Assembly (NCBI GenBank): GCA_958295885.1
Contig: OY282380.1
Span: forward strand, 1,884,082-1,948,081
Reading direction: 5' to 3'
DNA from: Arenicellales bacterium
Lineage (GTDB): Bacteria > Pseudomonadota > Gammaproteobacteria > Arenicellales > JAJDZL01
Length of the DNA stretch: 64,000 nt
The position numbers and the translations under genes were made by a program. Positions 10,290 through 19,086 of this stretch are shown piece by piece; the stretch's first letter is position 1; every line of letters begins with the position of its first letter. The notes beneath the pieces were generated by a model, which saw nothing but the letters and a program-made list of their open reading frames with translations, was not told the DNA's origin and did no database searches.

Positions 10290-10721
10290 ATGAGCAATGA
10301 TGCTAGGTATGTAACTCGAGAAGATCTGGCCTACGCAGAGCGTGTCGCCACGCTTGAAGTGATGGCAGCTGACTTCAAAGAGTTCAGCAAAAGCGCTGAA
10401 AAGCGCTACGAGCGACATCAAAGGTTCAATATTAGATTGATCGTTGGCGTTCTGTTAGTGGTTGCAGCTGCTTTTTTCACGGCAGCTCTCAACACCTTTG
10501 AAGTTAGCACAAGTTTGGCTAACTTGACAGTCAAAGTTGGCAACATTGAACGTGATGTCGCAGGCCTGAAGACCGATGTCGCATTTTTGAAAGAGAACGC
10601 GGTGTTGAAGTCGGATACTGCGTTCATCAAGCAGCAGGTGTATGAAGTCTTGGATGAAACCGGACTGCTCCGACTTGTTGAAACTGCTCCCCAGACCCAC
10701 GAGGGTAGCTTAGAGGAGTAA
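10290..10721 (+). CDS. Small single-TM coiled-coil protein of unknown function (143 aa from ATG 10290)
   Basis: GGAGG SD at 10278-10282; TM LIVGVLLVVAAAFFTAAL; heptad-like VAGLKTD/VAFLKEN/AVLKSD/TAFIKQQ. Confidence 0.72.
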   Translation: MSNDARYVTREDLAYAERVATLEVMAADFKEFSKSAEKRYERHQRFNIRLIVGVLLVVAAAFFTAALNTFEVSTSLANLTVKVGNIERDVAGLKTDVAFLKENAVLKSDTAFIKQQVYEVLDETGLLRLVETAPQTHEGSLEE

Positions 10722-11118
10722 AAGCAAACGAATCCTTCGTTGGCTCTTTACAACCCACGCTGGGAGAAGCGGGCGCGGTGAGCGGAACCTGATTCGAACC
10801 GAATATATTTCGGTAGTGGTCATGCGCGCGTAACCTTCGAGGCGGTAACACCCCAAGTAGAAATGCATGACTTACCCGAGGGACCGCAACCTTGGGAAAT
10901 GAAGCCGCTTGTCGGGGTAAGGCTGCAGCTTATGAAACCCGACAAAGCCAACCCTAGGACGCAAACACCGGGACACTATCTAGGTCGCGGCAATGGATAG
11001 TGCAGTCAAAAGCTGAGACTGGAGTGAACTTGTGAACCCAGGAGCTGGCAGGGATAGCAGCCTGCTTTATCTTGCCTCTTCAGGCAAACAAAGTTAGAGT
11101 TCAAAGGAGCAGTTGATT
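10722..11118 (+). ncRNA. Candidate large structured RNA, 3' arm
   Basis: Stems at 10727-10741, 10798-10814, 10819-25/10865-71, 10875-10896, 10909-16/10938-45, 10974-80/10996-11002 and 11047-11076; 11099-11110 can pair with 10030-10040. Confidence 0.55.
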
Positions 11119-12482
11119 TTGCCATTGGGCGAAAAAATCCGCAGGAGCACTCGTCCCTTTTTGCTTATTTTCGTGCGTTTCTCAATGTAATCGATTGTCT
11201 TTTTCAGTGCTTCCATTTTGAACCCTCCTGCAGCAAGTTTCGTGCGTGACTTTCATTTTGAATTCAATAATTTCAGTAATTTACTGAATGTTCGTACGAT
11301 TTTCGTAAGGATGAGTCGTCGATTCAGTCGAATTTTTCTTGGATATTGAGTTCGTCGTGAACTCTGCTAGACAACACGATTGGAGCTCGGGCTGTACCGG
11401 TCGGAAATTCAAACTCGACTTCTGAGTTTGACCAATGGTTCGGCAACGAAGCGAAGTTGACTTGAGTGCTGGCATTTCGTTGGTGGCGGAAATTGCTCTT
11501 CAGCTTGCCGATTGGTTTGTGGTTGTTTACGTTCGGCATCGCTGATCGGCTTTCTGATTTCCTTAGGTCGTCAATTGACGAAATTAACGGTTACGATCAT
11601 CATAGTGTCAAAATTAATTCGCATTTTATTCATCAGAAGTGTCGTATGTTAATCAAGCAATTTGCTGTGATTTCTGCTGATTGTATCAATGTGTCCTGCT
11701 GACGGCACCCGGCAACATCGCATGCATGTTGCGCCCGGAGCTGTCGCAGATCAATGAGTCTGGATTCCTGACCCCGGAAATTCCGCTGTCTCGCAGTTCA
11801 TCACATCTTAGTTTCCAAAATGGCAACTGAGTTTTCAGCATTGGCCAATTTTCTTGCGAGCATGGATATCTTCACCGCATTTGACGTACCTGAAATACCG
11901 CGGAAAATTCAAACAAAAGAACAGAACTCAACATTACCTTCAAGCGGGTATTTTCAGACTGTAAACGGGCTATAATAAATCCAGCCTTAATTTCAATTTA
12001 TTTCAACGAGTTACATAACGACTAGAAGAACGAAGAGTCACTCGGGTCAGAGTGACGCGGTACAAAAGTTGCATTGGCGTAGTTTCGATATGTCCGACTG
12101 AGACATGAAATTTCCGGGAATATTTTGGAGAGCGTGCGAGGCTTCTGAAATATTGTTGTTGATGCCCGACAGTTCTTATGTCTGCCAGAATTATTCATAG
12201 ATTTGGAAAGGAGAAAATTTCGGGCGTCTGGAAAGATTGCCGACATGTTTCCGCTTCAGCCCGCATTTCTTGCCCAGCTTGCGCGAATGAGGCAAGAACC
12301 CCTGGGGCGGCTGTCTGAGTGAGATGCCGGAGAGTGGCAACGTTGCCAACCCACAGATGCTAAAAATTGTAATTATCATTGCAGTTGAAATGAGATTGCA
12401 GCCTCATGCGTTTTCAGTCGTTTTCTTTAGTTCTGGTTGCGAGGCAGTTAAGTACAGGAGTTAAAAAGTTGGGGCAAAGGAC

Positions 12483-15017
12483 ATGGTAATGAATCAAAAC
12501 TGTCAAATCGCTCTTGCAGGGCTTCTCAGCGGTATTGGAGATTTTGCTGAGCGTGCTGTTTGGAGGCCGCAAGAACGCGAATCTTACGCTGAGTTGGCGC
12601 TGGAAGAAATTCTTCAGTACCTGCCATCATCGTCTATCACAGAAGGCGACCAGGCTGCTGAAGAAGCAGCTAATACTGCTTTAGCAAGATTGGTTCTAAG
12701 TCAGGAAAATTCGGATGTTCTGCTTCACTGGATCGTCAATGCTGCGAGGAAGGCAGCTTATGGACAATCGCATGACCGAACTTCAGCGTCGGATTTGCAT
12801 GAAACTTCGCAACGGACGACGATTCTGAGTCCATATACGACGCGGCTCTGCTGTCTGTTCGAACAAATTGATTCGGCTGAAGGCAATTCGGACAAGAAAG
12901 AACCAAAAACTTTACGGTATCGGTATTCCCTAAGTCCCTACAACCTAGCGAGCATGTTTCCAGTCGACGCCAAATCAACCGAATCGAATAGTGAATTCAT
13001 GGGGCATAGGCAATACGTTGATCTTTGGAATAGCTTTAAAAGTTCATGCGAATTAATCCCAGAATCACACCAAGAAATTCTTCCACTATGGTTAGACAGC
13101 TTCAATTCATTGCTGATGACCTTTGCTCATGCAGTTCCTTCAAAGTCAAACAGCGGGATTCACGCCAAAACTTCCCTTTATGACCATTCTCGCGTTGTCG
13201 CAGCGCTCACAGTCGCACTTTGGAATTTTCATAAGAGCCGTCAAAGTAACGAAGAGGCAGAAATTCGCACTCTCAAACAAGGCGCTGACTGGAACGAAGA
13301 CAAGTTCTTATTCATTCAAGGCGATCTTTCCGGAATTCAGAATTTCATTTTTACAACCGGTGGCAAATCAACCAAATACGCGGCCAAACTTCTGCGGGGC
13401 CGTTCCTTTTATGTGAGCCTTCTTTCAGAATGCGCTGCGCTTCGAATTCTGGAAGAATTGGATCTGCCGCCGACGAGTCAGGTATTGAACGCAGCAGGAA
13501 AATTTACAATCGTCGCTCCGAATTCCGAAGCGACAGTTTCAAAATTATTGGCATTGCGAAAGGTATTTGATGAATGGTTTCTCAAGTTCACTTATGGTCA
13601 GACGGGCATTGGCATCGCTTGGACGGCAGCTTCGTGCGCTGATCTGGAGAAAGGTGAAGGTGACGATAGCTCATTCAGGAAACTGCTGAGAAAACTCTTT
13701 GGTGAATTAGACGAAACGAAATTTCAAAAATTCAATCTTTGCGGAGAAAATTCTCCCGACCCGATTATCAATCCGGATTACCTGAGCGCCTATCGCAAGT
13801 ATGGACTTTGCGAAATCGATGGCCATCTGCCCGCGGATCATCGTCCAGGACGCGGCAATTCATCCGACCCAAAGATCAGCTTAAGTCAATTGGCGGAAGA
13901 TCATTTAAGGATCGGAGAAATTATCGTACGAAAACAAGGAGTCAGCCGAATTTATATTTCTAAGCGAAAACTGCGAAGTTCAAATCTGGAGCATTTGAAT
14001 TTAGATCTGTTTGGCTTCTGGGCAGCGTTTGCAAAAACAGAAATAAATGCAGATTTATCGAGTGAAATTCTAGACAAAGAGGAGCTGTTGCGAGTATGGG
14101 ATTTTTCTTTGCCGTCAGACTCGGCCAAATCACTTTTCAATGGTTTTGCAAGACGAAATGTGAATGGATGGGTTCCAAGCGATGACAACGGAGTAAAAGA
14201 TTTCGAGTCGATTGCGGACGCAAGCGAAGGCATTAAGGCACTGATGACCCTGAAAGGAGATGTAGATAATCTTGGAGCGATATTTCAACAGAGTCTGAAG
14301 TTTTGCAGTCTGACGGACTGGACTGCTCTGTCGCGTCAGATAGACGCCTTTTTTACCGTATACCTGCCCTCTCTGTGTCAAGCTCGATATGAAAATTCAT
14401 ACACGGTATTTGCCGGCGGCGACGACTTCATGTTAATTGGACCATGGGCCCAACAAATGAGGCTCGCTGATCGAATGAGGAAGGAATTTGCCCGGTATGT
14501 AGCGAGTAATTCAGCCATCAGCTATTCCGCGGGCCTGGCCATGACAAAGCCAAATATTCCTATTCAATTTTTGGCATCACTGTCCGAGGAAGCTGTGGAA
14601 ATGTCGAAAAGCCATGAAACTGAAGATTCTGAAAAGAATGCGGTGACCTGCTTTGGTCAAACGGTCGACTGGAATTCCTATTCCGCGATGCTGCAGTCTC
14701 AAGAGCGCCTTCAGCAGCTTGCAGCTGAAGGAAATTTGAGCACATCGTATTTCTACGGTTTGCTTCAGTTCGCGGAAATGGAAGAACGTTTAAATTCTGA
14801 TGCCGCTCACAAGTCGATTAGAAACGCGTTATGGCGCTCGCAATTCTACTATCGCACATCTCGACTTCTAGAACAGAATGTTAAGCAGCCATCTGAGCGA
14901 GACAAAATTCTGAACAGACTTGTTGAAGAATTCATTGAAAAAGGAATTAGAAAATATCAGGGCAATTACAAAATCGCATTGCACCATCACTTATATCGAT
15001 TGCGAAACAAGGAGTGA
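12483..15017 (+). CDS. cas10: Type III-A Cas10/Csm1, Palm GGDD intact, HD motif lost
   Basis: GDLSGIQNFIF, LRGRSFY, KGDVDNLG, FAGGDDF; the N-terminus reads LLSGIGDF where LLHDIGKF is expected. Confidence 0.95.
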   Translation: MVMNQNCQIALAGLLSGIGDFAERAVWRPQERESYAELALEEILQYLPSSSITEGDQAAEEAANTALARLVLSQENSDVLLHWIVNAARKAAYGQSHDRTSASDLHETSQRTTILSPYTTRLCCLFEQIDSAEGNSDKKEPKTLRYRYSLSPYNLASMFPVDAKSTESNSEFMGHRQYVDLWNSFKSSCELIPESHQEILPLWLDSFNSLLMTFAHAVPSKSNSGIHAKTSLYDHSRVVAALTVALWNFHKSRQSNEEAEIRTLKQGADWNEDKFLFIQGDLSGIQNFIFTTGGKSTKYAAKLLRGRSFYVSLLSECAALRILEELDLPPTSQVLNAAGKFTIVAPNSEATVSKLLALRKVFDEWFLKFTYGQTGIGIAWTAASCADLEKGEGDDSSFRKLLRKLFGELDETKFQKFNLCGENSPDPIINPDYLSAYRKYGLCEIDGHLPADHRPGRGNSSDPKISLSQLAEDHLRIGEIIVRKQGVSRIYISKRKLRSSNLEHLNLDLFGFWAAFAKTEINADLSSEILDKEELLRVWDFSLPSDSAKSLFNGFARRNVNGWVPSDDNGVKDFESIADASEGIKALMTLKGDVDNLGAIFQQSLKFCSLTDWTALSRQIDAFFTVYLPSLCQARYENSYTVFAGGDDFMLIGPWAQQMRLADRMRKEFARYVASNSAISYSAGLAMTKPNIPIQFLASLSEEAVEMSKSHETEDSEKNAVTCFGQTVDWNSYSAMLQSQERLQQLAAEGNLSTSYFYGLLQFAEMEERLNSDAAHKSIRNALWRSQFYYRTSRLLEQNVKQPSERDKILNRLVEEFIEKGIRKYQGNYKIALHHHLYRLRNKE

Positions 15018-15023
15018 AAAGAT

Positions 15024-15461
15024 ATGCCACAAAAACCTAATATTTCATCTTTGTTGAAAGACATTCAGCTGAATATGGATAGTCTGGATCCGAAAATCTT
15101 TGACGAGACGGCGAAAAAAGCAGCAGAAATTGTTGGAGAACATAAAGGTAAGAAAAACAAACCTACGCAAATTCGTAAATTCTATGACGAGCTCCTTCGG
15201 CTTGAACAAGTGGTTTCGAGAGATGATCCTCATTCGACCGATGCCACTAATTCCCTTGCGACCCAACTTCCGATGATCCGAATGCTCAATGCGAAGGCAG
15301 CGTATGCAGAGGGTCGCGATCTAGTTGATACGGATTTTGTTTTATTGCTCCGCCACTGTCTCAAGCAGATTGATCCAAATCAGCCAAAATCATTGAGAAA
15401 CTGCTGCCTGTTTTTTGAATCATTTTTAGGGTTTTATAAATTGATTCGTCCATCCGATTAA
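15024..15461 (+). CDS. csm2: Type III-A small subunit Csm2
   Basis: PTQIRKFYDE, AKAAYAEGR, FFESFLGFYK; directly after cas10. Confidence 0.92.
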   Translation: MPQKPNISSLLKDIQLNMDSLDPKIFDETAKKAAEIVGEHKGKKNKPTQIRKFYDELLRLEQVVSRDDPHSTDATNSLATQLPMIRMLNAKAAYAEGRDLVDTDFVLLLRHCLKQIDPNQPKSLRNCCLFFESFLGFYKLIRPSD

Positions 15462-15463
15462 CA

Positions 15464-16207
15464 ATGGAGGAATTTTCCATGCATCTGAAAGCAGTAAGAA
15501 AAATTACATGCACTATTGAGCTTGTCACCGGACTTCATATCGGCACCGGGAGCGCAGCAATGCGCATTGGAGGGACTGACAACCCTGTAATCAAAAATCC
15601 AACAAACAATTATCCCTATATACCGGGCTCCAGCATCAAAGGAAAAATGCGGAGTCTTCTGGAATGGTACATCGGAATTGTAGATGAAACTAAAGGCGAA
15701 CCAGTAAGTTTCAACACTTTAAATTTAAAGTCACTTGATGCGGATAAAAAAGAACAGGTACGTGACATTTTGAAGTTGTTCGGCAGTTCACAAGCTGGAG
15801 AAGCAGCTGATGACGTGATGTCGGAGATAGGTCCCTCCCGACTCTCGTTTTGGGACTGTCCACTCAAAGGAGACTGGATTGATCAAATGAACAAAAAAGA
15901 GCTTCCTTTAACGGAAATCAAAATGGAAAACACCATTGATCGCATTACCGGGGTCGCACAAAATCCAAGAAGCACTGAAAGAGTGCCAGCGGGAGCGCTG
16001 TTTGAATTCAATTTGACTGTGCGATGTCATGCCGGTGACGATGATCGTCTGATGGAACAGGTTTTCAAAGGACTGCGACTGATTGAATTGACTGGACTGG
16101 GCGGGTCGGGTTCACGCGGTTATGGAAAAGTTAAATTTACAGATTTAAAGTTGGATGATGAGTGCAGACAATCTGAATACGACAAAATCGATTTCCGTGG
16201 AACATAA
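15464..16207 (+). CDS. csm3: Csm3 (Cas7 RAMP)
   Basis: GLHIG, IGGTDNPV (catalytic Asp present), PYIPGSSIKGKMR, LGGSGSRGYG. Confidence 0.95.
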   Translation: MEEFSMHLKAVRKITCTIELVTGLHIGTGSAAMRIGGTDNPVIKNPTNNYPYIPGSSIKGKMRSLLEWYIGIVDETKGEPVSFNTLNLKSLDADKKEQVRDILKLFGSSQAGEAADDVMSEIGPSRLSFWDCPLKGDWIDQMNKKELPLTEIKMENTIDRITGVAQNPRSTERVPAGALFEFNLTVRCHAGDDDRLMEQVFKGLRLIELTGLGGSGSRGYGKVKFTDLKLDDECRQSEYDKIDFRGT

Positions 16208-16240
16208 TAGACACAGAGATTCTTTGACTGGCAGAACAAG

Positions 16241-17236
16241 ATGGAAAATTTGACTGTCCAAATTGAACCGAAATCTGCATTTGGCACGCCAATGAAAGGC
16301 GACACCCTTTTTGGACAGCTGTGTTGGACGGTTCGAGCAAGGCATGGGGATCGTCGGCTGCAGAATCTCTTAGATGGGTACGACAGAAATCATCCATTTA
16401 TCTGTGTTTCAGATGCATTCAGTTCTGGATTTCTTCCGCGGCCTAAAATTCCGACTAAATTTATTTTTTCTAATGTAACAGCGGCAGATCGCAAAAACTT
16501 AAAGGTGAAGAATCTATTGCCGATCGAGAAATTTGATTCTCATGTTTGCGACTGGCATCGACATCTCGTAGAAAAATCCGCAGATGTTCAACAAATGGAT
16601 TCTAATCGAAAAGATCGTTGCACTCGGATACGGACTCACAATTCCATTGACCGTCGGTCCAATACGACAGGCAGTGAAGGTTTTGCACCTTACTCAACGT
16701 CTGAAGACTGGTATTTAGATGGGACGAAATGGGACATTCATTTCATATTTGACCCCGAAAGAATCAGCAGGGAGGAAATTCTAGGACTGATGCATGACAT
16801 CGGACAATTTGGATTTGGACGGGATGCTACGAATGGCATGGGGCGTTTTCAGGTCAACGGCGATGCATCTTCCATTCACTTTCCAAGAGAACAAAAAAAC
16901 TCTGATTCCTGGCTGACGCTTGCTCCAACAGCTCCACAGAACATCGGAATTGACCCGCAGCGAAGTTGGTATCAGCCTTTCGTCAGGTTTGGACGACATG
17001 GCAACGTAGGCGCTATCGGAAGATTCCTAAAGAAACCTCTTCTGCTTGCTGACACAGGCGCAGTGCTTACACCTATCGAAGGTTATGAATCCAAGCTGTT
17101 CATCGGTCAGGGTCTTGGAGGAAAATATTTGCCAATTTCGGATTTCATGGCAGAAACCGTACATCAAGGATATGCGCCGGTTTTGGGCATCAATCTTTCA
17201 GCAAAGGATTCCAGCCTGTCAGAGACTGAAAAATGA
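16241..17236 (+). CDS. csm4: Csm4 (Cas5 RAMP)
   Basis: GDTLFGQLCW, VSDAF, GFGRDATNGMGRF. Confidence 0.92.
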   Translation: MENLTVQIEPKSAFGTPMKGDTLFGQLCWTVRARHGDRRLQNLLDGYDRNHPFICVSDAFSSGFLPRPKIPTKFIFSNVTAADRKNLKVKNLLPIEKFDSHVCDWHRHLVEKSADVQQMDSNRKDRCTRIRTHNSIDRRSNTTGSEGFAPYSTSEDWYLDGTKWDIHFIFDPERISREEILGLMHDIGQFGFGRDATNGMGRFQVNGDASSIHFPREQKNSDSWLTLAPTAPQNIGIDPQRSWYQPFVRFGRHGNVGAIGRFLKKPLLLADTGAVLTPIEGYESKLFIGQGLGGKYLPISDFMAETVHQGYAPVLGINLSAKDSSLSETEK

Positions 17237-18783
17237 GCTTAGAATTCTTGTCCCGTTGGCGGATGGACATTTCAACACTTTCGCCGATTCACATCGGCAC
17301 AGGCGAAGAAATTGATCCATTCAGTTATATTGTTGATAACAATATACTTTATGAATTTTCACAACGGAATTTTCTCAAAGATCTTTCTAAAGAAGAAAGA
17401 GCTAATCTCCTAAGAATTTCGGACCGAAATCTTAGTGCGTTACAGAATTTCTTTGGAAAGCATAGCAATAAGGCTATCGCAAATGCCGTGCGTATCTCAA
17501 GAGTGCCAAGTGAATTTGCTTCTTTGTACAAAAGCAGTCTGGGGAAGGCAGCCTCATCCGATTCAAATGAAATCAATCAGTTGGTGATCAACCGCATGCA
17601 AGCAGATGCGGCAAAGGGAAATCCCATTTGCCCCGGCAGCAGCTTGAAGGGATCCATTCGTACCGCCCTGCTGGAATCAGAGAGACAAAAGAAAAAAATT
17701 GGTGAATGGTACAGGGGTAAAAATTTCGATTTGCAAAAAAGACTTTTTGGCAACCGAACGATTCAAGACGATCCAATGCGACAGATAAGTGTGACAGATG
17801 CCGTTTGGACAGATGAAATGGAAAAACGTCAATTTGCCATCGGTTCCAACGTTGTTTTTGCAGTCAATCGAAAAAAGAAAAGAGAAGGGAAAGTCGATGG
17901 AGGTCCACAACGAGTTCTTGAAGTGGTCGACGCTATGAATATGCATGCGTTTGCTGCCGAAATTTCAATATTTCAACCTACCAACGCCAGAACGCCGAAG
18001 TGGCAGATAAAAGAGATTTCGGATGCTTGCAACAAATTCTATGGAGAGAAATTTGAAAGTGAATTGAAGAAATTACATGAGTGTAAATATGTCGACGAAG
18101 AATGGAAAAAACAAGCGCTTGAGCGTGTTGGACGACTTCCTGCCAACGATGGAAACGCCAAATTTAGCTTTCTGCTTCGAGTAGGATGTCATAGCGGCGC
18201 TGAATTTGTGACTCTTAATGAAGTTCGAAAGATCACGATTAAGGGTCAGCGTAGACCAGGCCCCACTGCTACGACTTGGTGGCTGGCGTCAAGTCGCAGG
18301 AAAGCGGTCCGTGGCATGAAGCCTTTCGGATGGATGATTGTCGAATGCACTCCCTTGGACTCAAATGAAGACTTTATTCTTGCTGTTGAACCAAAACTTC
18401 CATCGGATTCGAAAACAAAAACCGACTGGGTGCATCAGGCAACCAAAAAAATTGAAAAGTGCCGTAAATCTTTGGAAAACATTCCACCAGAAGTGCCAGA
18501 ACCTCCCAAGTCTTCTGAGCCTTTGCCGCCTGAGAAAGAAAAATTAAAACAATTCGAAGAATTACTCGATCGTACTAGTGAGTACCAATGGAAACAAGGA
18601 GGGAGTGAAGTTTCCCAAAAAGCGAACGAAATCCTGAACGACGCTGAGTCTTGGGAGACGAGTTTAAAAACAGAAGCCGTTGATCTGTTAAAACGATATT
18701 TTGATATTGCAAAGTTTCCAAAAAGCAAGAAAGGCAGAATTCGACGTGCAAAGTTTCAAAAACTGCAGGATGATATTGCTTGA
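17233..18783 (+). CDS. csm5: Csm5 RAMP with C-terminal extension
   Basis: LSPIHIGTG, PGSSLKGSIRT, LRVGCHSG, PFGW; ATGA overlap with csm4. Confidence 0.9.
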   Translation: MSLEFLSRWRMDISTLSPIHIGTGEEIDPFSYIVDNNILYEFSQRNFLKDLSKEERANLLRISDRNLSALQNFFGKHSNKAIANAVRISRVPSEFASLYKSSLGKAASSDSNEINQLVINRMQADAAKGNPICPGSSLKGSIRTALLESERQKKKIGEWYRGKNFDLQKRLFGNRTIQDDPMRQISVTDAVWTDEMEKRQFAIGSNVVFAVNRKKKREGKVDGGPQRVLEVVDAMNMHAFAAEISIFQPTNARTPKWQIKEISDACNKFYGEKFESELKKLHECKYVDEEWKKQALERVGRLPANDGNAKFSFLLRVGCHSGAEFVTLNEVRKITIKGQRRPGPTATTWWLASSRRKAVRGMKPFGWMIVECTPLDSNEDFILAVEPKLPSDSKTKTDWVHQATKKIEKCRKSLENIPPEVPEPPKSSEPLPPEKEKLKQFEELLDRTSEYQWKQGGSEVSQKANEILNDAESWETSLKTEAVDLLKRYFDIAKFPKSKKGRIRRAKFQKLQDDIA

Positions 18784-19062
18784 CTGCTTATTTTGTATCC
18801 TGACATCCGGCTGCGAGAGATTAGGGCGACAGTATTGATATTCAATTTGACCGTTAATTTGAACATTTGAATGTCTCGAACATTGAAGCGGGCGATGTCG
18901 TAATTGGAAATTTACCGATAAACTTTGCAGCCGAAGTTCAAGAGAGGTGCTCGCTATATGCAAATTTCGCTTGATTTGCCTATCTCTCAGAGAGGTAAAG
19001 AACTGTCAGTCAGTGATATGAAATCAGCCAATGCGAAACTGCAAGAGTACAAAAAATTTTGA
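18780..19062 (+). pseudogene. csx16: Csx16 (putative ring nuclease), inactivated
   Basis: Not in the ORF track. Manual translation gives MTAYFVS*HPAARD*...FDR*FEHL...AGDVVIGNLPINFAAEV / RGARYMQISLDLP...RGKELS: three stops and one frameshift in an otherwise recognisable Csx16 pattern. Confidence 0.85.
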
Positions 19063-19086
19063 ATCCACAATTGATCAATCAAATAT

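Noticed and set aside
10026-11145. Group II or group I intron, tmRNA or RNase P as the identity of the structured unit
   Set aside because: No domain V consensus and no RT/maturase; AATCCGCAGG near 11136 lacks the accompanying group I R/S elements; no tRNA-like ends or RNase P signature sequences.
11120-12480. Short ORFs upstream of cas10
   Set aside because: No recognisable motifs or convincing starts; left unannotated, though blastx could reveal decayed genes.
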